This document shows, one piece after another, positions 50,543-62,525 of a stretch of 64,000 nucleotides of DNA. The stretch lies in the NCBI GenBank assembly GCA_030704615.1, contig CM060733.1:124001-188000 (forward strand), in the 5' to 3' direction. Position numbers and translations under genes: made by a program. The DNA comes from Takakia lepidozioides (Eukaryota; Plantae; Bryophyta). A model generated the notes under the pieces. The model did not search any database and was not told the DNA's origin. It saw nothing but the letters and a program-made list of their open reading frames with translations. Positions within the stretch are counted from its first letter, which is position 1. Every line of letters starts with the position of its first letter.

Positions 50543-53500
50543 CTATGATTCTTCATGAATGTTGAACATAGAGAGGTCTTCTATTTCTTTTTGAGGGAGT
50601 GTCAATGGTTGAGAACTGCTGAGGTGATGGTGAATACTAGCAAACTTGTCCTGAAGCCTTTCTACCTGTTCACATTCAACAATAAGACGAGATCAGCATA
50701 ATCTCCATGTCCTTGCAACCCACAGCGGATTGAGATGCTATCATCTGAGAAGAAAATGCACCTACATAGAATCAGATAAGATGTGCTCTCTTCACACAAC
50801 GTGGGAATCCAAAGGAAGTATTTCTCTTCAATTACTAAAGGTGGTGTATGCTTCAAAGAGAACATACCTCCACAACTTAGATTTTCTCTTGAACGTTTCT
50901 ATTTCATGAACAACTTTTTATGGTGAAAAGCGCTGGAGTTGGGCAGACCATTGAAGGAATCAACAGCAAAGACCAGTGGTACATACCCGCCGCAGTTCAA
51001 GCTCAAGGTCAACTTTCTGTTGCTCCAAGGCACGACGGGCCTGGGCTACGTCGAACACATGATCAATATCTTCCTGAAAGGCTGCCTCCAGATTTTCACG
51101 TAGCATTGCAGGAAATGTATCCACCACTGGCATCAAAAAGAAGCAGTTGAACTGCACACCTCAAATCCACCATGTGTGCTTGATCAGCTTCAAATGCAAT
51201 ATTTCTGCTAGACATAGTGGTATGTAGAGCTTTATCTCTAAATACAAGCAGTTCATAAGTTCACCCTTTTATCAGCTAACAATAAGAGTGAAATATTGAT
51301 AAGTGGGGGCTAGGAAGTACTTTCATTTCCGCAGAAGCTACACAGTGATCACGAATGCCTTCAAAGATCTGAGCAACCAGGGCATGTACGATCTCCTCCG
51401 AAGTCCGGGCCAGCTTCCGGTTCCAGAGAGTGCTTTCTAGGAGGTCCACCAGTCTTGCATGTGCTGTCTGGCTGCCTTCTTGGTTTGTGCCAGCACTCTT
51501 GGCTTCAGGGCGGGGCTTGTTGTCTTGCTTATTACTGTTTCCAACCACTGTCGGCACTGTCCCATCTGCAACCATGCTTGCTGCTGTCGTTGGCTGCTCA
51601 CTGGTTCCCAATGTGTCCAGATACTGCTTTAAGCCAGATCGACTCTGCAACAAATGTGGAAACAGGAATAAAGACCTAGGACAGTGAGAATGATTAAATA
51701 CGGAAGTAAAAAGGGAGGGAGAACTACGACAAACTAAAGAAGGATACAAGAATCAACAAGAGATGAAATGAAGGAAAGGAAAAGGAATTTCTTCCAGCCT
51801 CCATGGAAAGCTGGACAAGCGCATGGGGCAAGAACACAAGAAAGCACCAGAAAACCAGGCCAAAATCACTGAAGGAAGACGTCATGAAGGCAGACTGCAA
51901 ACCATTTCTGGCCTTAACAATAGAGATGATACCCATTGTGGCTTTCCACTCCCATGTGGCTTGGACAGAGCAGGTAGGGGGAAGAAAGAAACTTTACAAC
52001 GCCCACAGAGAGCCCCAAGGGCCCAGTGGAAAAAGTAGAACAACAAGAAACCACGTCATAAAAAATCAACCGACACCCAATGAGGACTCATGCAGGTAAG
52101 CTACCAGAGGGTCATTTACTGTTTAGTGGATGCCTTCCCAGCAGTTGTCCTTGCAGTCTAATAACCTTGAGAGTCCGGACCAGGTACAGATAGAAAAGCA
52201 AATTAGATTGTCCAAGAAGCATGTCCTGCGTATATCAAAACGATCACACAATCTGTCTGCAAAACAAGTACAAGTTAGCAAACAGAGCTGGTCAAATGGA
52301 TGAACACCATAATGTAACTAGTGGTGCTCATGATCACCTTGTTATGCAGCGACCAGGAGACATAGCGCGTCGTGCTTAAAAGATCCTCCATACACCTGTT
52401 CCAGTCCAAGAAGTCACTACAAATCAGCAGATAGGATGGGGCACTTCAGTCTGTCACAAGATGATGTATTCTTAGATAGGGAATAAAAGGTCAACACTAC
52501 TGTAGGTTGTTATGGCAAGCAGTACATATGGTGAAGCATACTTTTCCCGGCAGCCTCGCTCCGTGGACTCCACAAATATGTGAAAAGCAGTGGCCACACG
52601 CTTCATGAACATATCATGCCCACTTAGATACTCGCCATCCTTCTGCAAGTCGGGGAGACATGGAAAAATAAGCTAAATTCATTGCATAATGGCTAAGTTG
52701 ACATAGATATGGCTCTGACAACCCTCTCCCCTTGTCCCGAAATCACACCCTCTCCTCCCAGTCAGTGGAGTAATGAGATCCTTCTATAGGCAACAGTTGG
52801 ATTCTCACCTGCAGAAGATAGAGTGCAATAGGAAGTAGCCTGCGGAGAATGTGTGACAACCTGAACCCTAACTGCACCCACCAACAATGCAGCTAACATC
52901 ACTACAGAAGGGCACAAATAGATAGGACAGCTATAAATCGCCACAACGGTTTGGCAAGCCAGGCCTTAACCAACCACAAATTTGTCAAACAAGTGATGAA
53001 TGCAACCTTTCCTGATTTCCTATCAATGGAGAGCATCCATCACACAGCTGGAAGCAAAATTGGCTATTCTGAGGAGGGATCTACACTGTACTGAAGATTA
53101 ACATCCAGAATCATCGATCCAATGTGAACAGCAGTTCAAGGCTTTTGAATTTGAGACATTACTTGATGCAAAAATGGCTCAAAGACATCTCGTGCTTTGG
53201 CAACTGCTATCACACACGCCGTCCTGCATCAGAGATCCTCCGCTTCTTCAGAGCAGGAAGAAATCACAGCATTGAAGTTCCATGACAATATCTCCATCAA
53301 ATTGATGTAGAGGTAAGAGCTTTCTGGGGCTTTCATAGTTCTGGAATCCACGAGAACTCAATACATTCAGGCAAATCCCACTATAGGGTTGAGCCTTTTC
53401 ATTCCTCCCATCCCTGCTGCTCCCTTGTTCTGCTCAAAAATATCTGAGCACGGGTAGATGGGCCACACGGCTGTGGCAAGCACATTTCACCTCCTTTCAA

Positions 53501-56500
53501 GAGTGTTTGGGCTTTTCTTTCAAAATTCTTTCATTACCTGTGTGTTTCGTTCTTTCCACAGACATGTGTGCTCTTTTGACACAATCAACCAATGTCTAGC
53601 ATAGAACATCTTTCTGTCGAAGGAATGACAAATGTACCTGAAGTAGTTAGTACCATCATGGATGTCTTCAACACCACATGCATTCACAATTTCTTCACGG
53701 CTTATGGATGGGCACTTGACCCCTCCCACCACAAATCGAAACTCGGCCATGGCTCTATGATATTGTGCCCCCCCATACAAACGCATCCCTGCATTCTGTC
53801 AGCACACTGTCATGAGTTTTTGAGTTTACATTTCTCTCATCCACTTCAAATAGACCACTCCCCTTCCTAAGAAAACTAATTATTTTGATTAAGGACACCA
53901 GGGATGGAGCTGATCATCTATCTTTGCTACCCATCAAGGAAATTGATCTAACCCACATCCTAAGAAACTTGGGAAAAAATCAGCTTGCAAATTTATCCCC
54001 ATCACCATTCCACTTTGGTACGAGACAAGATAACAGTCAGTTGAGCGGATTACTGGCATATGCTTGTATGGCATTTGCAAGCCATCCGTGCTCACAAAAG
54101 CTCCCCCACGAACACGCTCATCTTGTAGTGTTTCTCCTGCACGGATGTACATGTAAGTTTGTAATGCCCATAGAAGAGACCTATGTCTTCAAACTAGTGC
54201 AAGCAGAACTACAAATTATATGCCAAACTACAAGCCCAAGTCGTAAACTGAAACATCTCTGCAGAATCATAGTCAGAGCTTATCAACCTCTTCGCAATAT
54301 AGAGTACAAAAGTCTCAGAAGATAACTGCTCGCCCAGGAGACTCCTCCGAGCACTGGAACAACTAAGTATTAGCAAGCCCTGCAGCCTGTGTATCCAAAC
54401 TGATACTAGAGATGAGAAAACACTCACCAAATTTGTCAGGTGGGGCTACGACTGTTCCCCTGAGCAACAGCGACAGCTGCCAAAGCCATTGAACCACATT
54501 TATACACAAGGAATCCACACATATAACCAATTGTCCTCACTTCAACAAGTTGATAACAACCTTTTGAGACAATGACAGCTGACATCTTTCATGAAAAGCA
54601 CTTGGTAGTCAATAACAATGCTATATGAGGTGTTGTCCTTAACATCAGTGACAACCTTGGCTAGAAATGAATCTCGAAAAATTCGCCCTCTCTCTTTCAG
54701 TTTCGTGCCATCCAAATTGCTGCAATCCACCCCAAATGCAGTAGTCAGGTAGGTTAAGCTTGATCCTTCAGCTGAACTTTGTGAAGCTAACTGCCTCTGT
54801 AGCCATCAGAAAGACTCCTCCCTCCCTCCTGTGCTTGTGAAGAAACACAAAAATAACAGAAGCTCAGAAAGTTCTTATTGTTCGAGCAATGGCGAACTTG
54901 ACTCTTAGAATGTAAAAGTCGTTTTCATGCTTTCCAGAGGGATGAGAGCAAAATGGCTCAATCTCCAGGTGTTCTTCAAAATACCTGACAAAGGTACGTT
55001 GTCATATATTTTGACAGAAGGTGGAAAGATGGGACAAGGGGGAAGAAACTTTACAACATTCACAAGAAGCTCAAACATTTTATGGGACAATAATGCATGA
55101 CAAACAAAGCACTATAAACCCCAGCCTAAATCCCTGCATAGAAGACAGCCTCTAATGCAGTTCTGGCGGGAGAGAGAAAGAGGGCGGGAGCCGAACCCAA
55201 GCTCTTGAATGGTCTGGTGCAGCTTGATGGTGGCATTGCGATACTCCTTGTCCAACAGTGGAACAATGGCTGGCACGCTGTCCATGTACCTTCATACACC
55301 ACATTCACTGAGTTGCTTTAGCATCTACTAGCAGCAGACTGTTATATCAGGTTCCCAGGTAAACAGATGAAGGTTTGGAAAAAATATATATGCCACCAGT
55401 AGACCTGTCACAAGGGCACTTTTGCGCAATGGGCTAGTCTTGAGTGAGGGTCACTGAGCACAGACTGACTAGCCTGCAAGACCCCCTAATGCCTGCACAC
55501 CAGTTTTAATTGCCAAACACTACGAAGATGCCTGATGTTTTAAGTGGGACCTAAACACCTTCAGTACAGCTCAGACCTGTACACTAATGGTGGACCACCA
55601 CAAGGCCCACTAAAGAGATTCTGCTTGACAGTTAGAAATGAAAAACATAGCAGCTACCGGTGCTGCAGCAGCTGTTCAAGGAACCACCGCAACCGACTGA
55701 CCCCCACTCGAGCACGCTCGTCCTTTAACAATGCACGGTCCATTTTCTCCTCCAAGGATGCCACATCCTGTGCCTCTCTCATTGCCACCGCCTAACCATG
55801 CGAGGGGTACCAGATTTAGAGATCCATTTTAGAAGATGCCGAAGATGCAGCACAAGAAGACAGCACAGTACATGGACATCCATGAGAGGAAAGAGACCAT
55901 ACACTGCACAAAAATTCCAATCCCTACAGTTAGCCACAACCTCGCGGAAGTGATCATTTGATCGATAAACGGAATCTCGGCCAGCGCCCACTCGTCCTGA
56001 TGGCACAGAGGTGAAAAAGGGAGTGTCCCCCAGAATTTTGCAATCCAGCAGACGGGAAGGAGGCCGTAAAAATAGTTCAACATCGGCAGAGCGTGCAAAT
56101 TGAGGAATGCGAGTGTCCATTTTTGTTGACACAATTACTGTCCGTGACAATTCTGGGTCCATCTACCACCAAGAACACGGTCAGAAAGTTCTGAGATTAT
56201 CAATGCACAAGCCCAAATCCTTTAGGCGTCATGAGACATGGTGAAGATTTGAATCCTCTACCAAGAGCCTGTCATTAAAAACCCTTTCTTAGTGCCATCT
56301 GGGCCTTATCACTAGGAGACAGGCAACAGCGCAACATTCATGGACAAGTAGGAATGGAGACACCAAGAATTGACAAACAAAATTTCCACTCATCCATCGA
56401 CGCAGACATGTCCAACTCCCAGAGAAGGTAGACAAGGTAAAATATTCAAAGGATGCCAAAGAATCAAGCTTAACATGGCTGAATCTCATTAGTTAATCTG

Positions 56501-59337
56501 CTGCAGGAGAGAGAGAGAGAGAGAGAACGAAGTCCCCTGACCCTCAATTGATCTAGCTATGGCCCATTTACCCAGACATGGACCCTCTCGTCCCCTATGG
56601 AATAGCAAAAAGACCATGATTGTAGGCTATGGACTTCAGTACAGGAGTGAGGTAAAAATGGTTTTGGCCTGGCCCTGTCCCAAGACTGGGGTGGGTGCCT
56701 GGGGTCATAGGGCGCCTGGCCTAGGACCCGGGCTACCTGGGCTTCATGTTCTATACCACAGGGTAGCTATGGGAGCTTTTGGGGTTTCTCAAGTGGGCAC
56801 GATTTCGACTCTCTCGTCCCGGTCTCTTGCCCAAGCTGTGCTGACCATATTTCGTCTGATTTAAAACAACCCAAATTGCTCAAATGGCGGCATGAGCTGA
56901 ATAAGAACGGAAACCTGTAGAAACCAATTTGAAACCAGATGAAAATATCGTTGTCTAATTTTCATCTGCCTCTGTTACAGAGTCCTGGATCTCGGGCAAC
57001 CAATTAAAATTAAGGAGATGAGGAGATGGACTTCTTCAGCACCACAGCTTGTGCAAGAGACAGGGAGGAGAGAGACGAAACCGTGGCCACTCCAGAAACC
57101 CTCCAGAAAATCTTGAGTCCATTTCCGGACAGCTACCCACAAAATCTCTCAAAAATTCCCCAGAGTTCCCACAGCAATCCTGCGGTATAGGATATGAAAC
57201 CCGGGTAGGCTGGGCTCCAGGCTAGGCGCCCTACAACCCAATTACCCCAATCAATTTGCATTTAGTCAACAGAAGGCCCAAGGAGAACAAAAGGAGGGAC
57301 AGACCTGCATGACAATGCGGCGGGTGGTAGCATTGCTCCAATCACTGCAGTCTTCAAGGCACAGGATTATGAACTCTTTGTGCTGCATCTTGGACTGCAC
57401 CAGTGCCTCCACTGCTTGCCCTTGTGCCTGCCACAAGGAAACAAGAATTGGAGAGTACGGACAACTAACATTACACATAGCCAATTCTGACTACTCCACA
57501 CAAATACCAGCAGAAATCCACAATGCAAGTTATTGTTGGCACAGAACCTACAAGAATACTACGGATAGTCTAAGCCAAGAGATTTAGTGACCCACTCTTG
57601 CAAGCAGAGCAGAATTCAAACCCATGTGCTTGGCCTTTTTCACAAATGAAGGTTGAAAGATACCTGGAGGGAGTGGTTTTTGCGACCAGGAGCTGCAGCA
57701 ATGAGACCTGGGGTGTCGATGATGGTTAGATTGGGGCAAAACTTGTACTCTATCTTCACTACTATCTCCTTGGCCCAAAATTGACATGCCTCTCGCTCCA
57801 GTCGCATATTCTCTGCCTCAATATACGCCTGGATTGAGACATAGCACAGCAACTGTGAGACCAAAATGGCGGAGGTAAACTCCCCCAACCTAAGCACCTA
57901 TTGCAGCTCAAGAGCGGCTTGGTGACAGCATTGTTTGTCAACTTTTCTAGAAACTATTCATCAAACATTGCTGCAAAGGAGGAAGCTCCCTTGCAGATAC
58001 ATATGTAAGAGCAACGTCAGTCTTTTTTTGTTGACCTGACTGATTATTCACATAGGGAAACATCACACAACGATAACAGGGAGTTGGTGAGATTGTCACG
58101 ACAAACACGCTTGGAGAAGAAGTGAATGTAGTATGCATGACAGTAGGCCGGGCGCAAGAAATATGTTAGGTTGCCCTCAACAAGGAGGGACACTGTACAC
58201 CATCCTGGGCAAGTCAGGTCTTCATGAGATGTCCAGGTTCCAGAATCTAAAGAAGTCTGAGTCTTCCGTGAAAAGTTGATTGTGGCAACAGACAATCCAA
58301 GAGGCTTACCTGCATTACTATCCCTCGTAGTCTCCTTCCATCCTTAAATGAGTCACTGGAAGTAAGAGATTCACCTGGAGTTCTTCAAGGCTTTTCTCCT
58401 CATCCCGTGGCGGTCTGTCCTCAGAGAGCAGGAAGCAGCGGGGTTCGGTGCAGGAAGCATTATACTTCATGTGTAGCGTGATGGGCCGGCGAGTCTTGGT
58501 TCCCCCACCCACATGGTTAAACTGAAAGCCCATTAGAGCTTCAATCAGAGCACTCTTCCCATCAGTCTGATGGCCAACAACCAGAATCGCAGGCGCATCG
58601 AAGGGTTTATGAAAATCCTGTGCTAGGCTATGAAGGTCGTTGTATGCCTCGTATAGCTTCTCGTTTCCAGAAGAACGATAGAAGTTTTCAGGTGCTTCAA
58701 CAAAGTTTCGGGATGAATCCTTTGGGCTGTCTTTGGTGTCGCGCTGGAACATGTGGAGCCTGCCGAAACCATTAAGAGCGGAAGCAGGGGCTACTGAAGG
58801 GTTAGAAGGGTATTGGGTTAAGGGATTCATTGCTGGACTCTGTTGCGAGATGAGAGGTGAAATCTGAGAGGAGTCATTAATATGCGATGCCGACCCATGA
58901 CCATGGGAACTGAATTGCAATGGCATGATGTTCTTTGAGGGGAATGCAGTAGAGGAATGGGGAACGCCACAGCCTGAGCCAACACCTGAAGAAGCCGGGG
59001 CCGAAAAGGCACTAGGGAGAGCTCCGGCATGCGAGTAAGGGCTGGTGTACCCTGACAAAGATCCCAACGATGGACCCCCATGAGAGTTCTCCCCGACGGC
59101 AGGCCCAAAGTTATAAGAGGACAAAGGTGCTGAGACAGGAATGGTAGATTGAGAGGGACCAAGGGAGGCGGGAGGGGGTGACTTGCTCCTCCACGGCCCA
59201 GCTATCGGTGACGAACAATTCGATGCTCTCGGAGAGTTTCCCTGTGACAGACTGCCGTTGGTGCATGCCTGTGACGAAATCCATCTTTCTGCCACTCCAG
59301 CCCTCGCTTCTTGTGAAGGACCCCCACCGCCACTCAT
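50543..59337 (-). CDS. ARC5: Dynamin-related plastid division protein ARC5/DRP5B, ~17 exons
   Basis: Motifs LYEAYNDLH..APAILVVGHQTDGKSALIEALMGFQFNHVGGGTKTRRPITLHMKY, IIDTPGL, TKMD, AGMRLYGGAQYHRAMAEF and FNCFFLMPVVD. Exon 1 is 59337-58375, then 57828-57664, 57427-57305 and 56162-55941; the last exon is 50665-50543. The ARC5-type sequence differs from DRP5A. Confidence 0.93.
56700..57240. mobile_element. Foldback/MITE element with long imperfect terminal inverted repeats in an ARC5 intron
   Basis: TAGGGCGCCTGGCCTAGGACCCGGGCTACCTGGGCTTCATGTTCTATACCACAGG (from ~56708) is the near reverse complement of 57179-57234. Complementarity continues inward (56800-56845 vs 57038-57082). Confidence 0.8.
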
Positions 59338-61353
59338 AATTCCTATGCCGTCCCTCTCTTGCCCTATTCAAAGCGGCTCTGCACGTCAAAACAGATGCCT
59401 AAGACAAAGGACTTTCGATGTCAAGAAACTTGGGCAGGCTTACTGTCAGTGCTCGACCTGAAACATCATTCCAAAATGCAGACTAAACAACTCTGAGAGG
59501 CTGCACCCACCCTGCTCAATATCGTTTCGAGGCCTTCCGCAAGAACAGAGGTCCTGACCTATCCTGTACCGGAGGACAACACAATGCAGATATGGAAGCG
59601 AGACACACCTCAACACCATAGGTCCTGGCACAATGCCAGTACAAATCTATACTTCTGGGATTTTTAATTCAGTGCCAGGGGTTGTCAGATGACAGACATC
59701 ACCGTCAAAATCAAACATGCCACAACAGGTGAACAAAAAGAAGCAGACACAGCGAGAGAGAGTCAGATTCAAATACCGATGCAATACCTTCAACTGCAGG
59801 GGTGGAAAAAGAATTACAAGACGCACAATACCTACCTCCTCTCAACAACATTGCGGCCATCGAACAGCAGCTGCCATCTCCGAGGCAAAGCAGAGATGAA
59901 ATCAGAAACGTGTGGAAGCAAATTAAAGCAGATAACTTAGAGCGAGCAAGCAAGCAAGCGGGAAAGATTGAACGCTGCGCTACAAACACGGCACAGCCAA
60001 TGCGCACTGGACCCAGTGCGAGCGAGAGAGAGACTGAGCTCTCTGCCACGTGGCTACATGCTAGCTGTTGGACCCATGCACTCTCGGGGTCCCAGCAGAC
60101 AAGGTGCCATCTCAGCAAGACATATCTCTGTTAACTACCGACGTCAAGACATGTTAGTAAACGGGAGAAAGGATATCTAGATTCTGCAGTACCTACTATC
60201 TACGTACCTAGTACCTACTGTAGAATATTTAGCACAGAACCATATGCGCCGTCGGGCGGATGGGACCCATGTGACATATGTCATGTGTATGGCCATGATG
60301 GGTGGAATGTGAGCCACATTCAAGGCACCTGCAAACGCAAAGATGAGCACCAGCTTTGTTCTTCATCTCTCAAGCATCGTCTTGCACAATCTGTCTTTAA
60401 TTCAGAGATTACGCTGTGGCTCTCTGAGCTCATCTAGATGCAAGACAACTCATCGTGCTTCAAAACTCAGACTCTACATATCGCTCCGGGGAGGTACTTC
60501 TTTTTTGAGCTTTAGTTACTCGTGCTTTTGGTTGCAAAGAGGTCACAGATTCATCCCCTGTTATGAGGTTCTGTGTGTTGTATTAAATCATTGCATTTGC
60601 ACAAGATTGTTTTCTCTATCCAAGTACAAGGGGCAAGGTCTCTCCGGATTGTGTGCCGTGTGGCTGTAAGAAGGGTACAAGAAGATTTAACATTCGTATG
60701 GGAAATTCCCTTCCTCTTTCTGGGTTAATTCTTCTCGGTTGGTCTGAATTCATCTAGATTATGTAGCTAGCACAGAAGCGAATAGTCTCAGTCGATGGTC
60801 GTGGGACTGCCAGCGTCTAATTGCATGTTTGATATTCAGCTATACGAGAATGATGTTCGAGTGGTACCAAGAGAGCAAGTTTTGATTTCCGCTATGGAAA
60901 GTGCTGATGATGGCGCTGCAATTGAGGTAGAAGTATGGTGTACGCGTTGACCTTCCCTTGGAGAGATTTTAGCCCCACAATTTTCAAAGTGGCAAATTTG
61001 TTGACCAACTACAGCGCGAGGTGCAAACCTGCAGAATCTATCTCACTGTACAACCGATTTGATCTTTGGGGAGCAGCAGCAGTTGTTGGTCTATTTCTTC
61101 GCTGCTCCAATATATTGTCCAGGTGACTCGATGTGGGCCATTCTGCACTTGCGCTGTCTGAGTCAATACACTTGTCTTGCTGCTCGCTCTAGATAAGCAA
61201 ATTACTCCTAGGGCCCTCGTTCTGAACAGCACATGGGTACGCGCATTGATCTTTCGTGTTATGATGCAGGTGCCCAAGAGCAATTGGACACTACAGCCTT
61301 GAAGGCTTACACCTTACTGTCAGAGCTTCAGTAACAACAAGTTTACTGGATCC

Positions 61354-62199
61354 ATGAGTACTCTGCAAATCACTCCACTCACGAGGGCCATCGGCGCCGT
61401 GGTCGAAGGCATTTCTCTGGCGGAACCGTTGCAAGATGCAGAGCAGGCAGCCATCAACGACGCCTTACTTCAGTATCAGGTGCTCTTCTTCCGCAACCAG
61501 CCGATCACTCCACACCAACAGCACGCCTTCGCCAAGCGTTTCGGTGATTTGCACATACATCCAATCTACCCAAACTTAGGCCCCGAGTTAGAGGAAATCA
61601 TGGTACTGGATTCTGACGGTGATCACCCCCCAGACAATGATAAGTGGCACACCGACGTCACTTTCATTGAGACACCGCCCTTGGGCACAATCCTGAGCGG
61701 CAAGCTCATACCTCCCGTGGGTGGTGATACCCTATTTGCAAGCGGCATTGCAGCCTTCGAGGCGCTCTCAAAGCCATTGCAACAATTTCTTCTTGGGCTA
61801 AAAGCAGAGCATAGCTTCGTCAAGTCATTCTCGCAGCCCCGGTACCACTACGAAGGTCGAGGGGACCCCAAGGCGCTGTGGGAGGAAGCTGTGAAAGAGC
61901 ACCCGCCAGTGGTGCACCCTCTCATCCGCACTCATCCTGACAGTGGGCGCAAGGCTCTCTTCCTGAGCCAAGGATTCCTGACCCGCATTGTGGATCTGCA
62001 AAAGGACGAGAGCGATGCATTGCTGGGATTTCTGTTTGCGCATGCTACAAAGCCCGAATTCACAGTGAGATGGAGATGGCAAGCCAATGATGTGGCCTTC
62101 TGGGACAACTGCATATTGCAGCACTACGGCGTGGCCGATTACCTTCCGCATCGCCGCATCATGAACCGCGCCACCATCCTGGGAGACAAGCCCTTCTGA
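61354..62199 (+). CDS. tauD: Fe(II)/2-oxoglutarate-dependent taurine dioxygenase (TauD family), bacterial-type, intronless CDS
   Basis: 281 aa with FGDLHIHPIYP, PPDNDKWHTDVTFIETPP (H99-x-D101), GGDT, HPLIRTHP.SGRKALF, KPEFTVRWRW, WDN..QHY (H257) and RRIMNRATILGDKPF. Colinear with the E. coli TauD sequence as remembered. Confidence 0.93.
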   Translation: MSTLQITPLTRAIGAVVEGISLAEPLQDAEQAAINDALLQYQVLFFRNQPITPHQQHAFAKRFGDLHIHPIYPNLGPELEEIMVLDSDGDHPPDNDKWHTDVTFIETPPLGTILSGKLIPPVGGDTLFASGIAAFEALSKPLQQFLLGLKAEHSFVKSFSQPRYHYEGRGDPKALWEEAVKEHPPVVHPLIRTHPDSGRKALFLSQGFLTRIVDLQKDESDALLGFLFAHATKPEFTVRWRWQANDVAFWDNCILQHYGVADYLPHRRIMNRATILGDKPF

Positions 62200-62387
62200 T
62201 CATCAACGCCTTCCACACCACCCCTCCCATACACCATCTGCACTGCACTGACATACACAGAAATGTATGCAACTACTTAGAAAAAGATGGATGGATGGAT
62301 GCCAGACCACTTCTAAACCACTTCTAAACTTAGCTGGAATAAGGAGCCAGGCATATAGCAATAAAGTAAGAAGCAAATGTAGATCAA

Positions 62388-62525
62388 TTACACTCCCTTC
62401 CATGTACCATAGTGTAACCCCCAGTGAAGTTACACTCCCCGCCGTATATCCTGGTGTAACCCCGAGTGGGTTTATGGTCTCCGCCGTGAAACCTGATGTA
62501 GCCCTTAGTGGAGTTACACTCCTTT
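62388..62525. repeat. Degenerate ~42-bp tandem repeat x3 with internal GTGTAAC/GTTACAC palindromes
   Basis: Units begin TTACACTCCC (~62388, ~62430), TTATGGTCTCC (~62472) and TTACACTCC (~62514). Confidence 0.7.

Noticed and set aside
61354-62199. tauD as simple bacterial contamination, or GC content as proof of HGT
   Set aside because: The flanks lack operon genes and look eukaryotic, so contamination is disfavoured though not excluded without reads. The native PUB gene is similarly GC-rich, so composition is uninformative.
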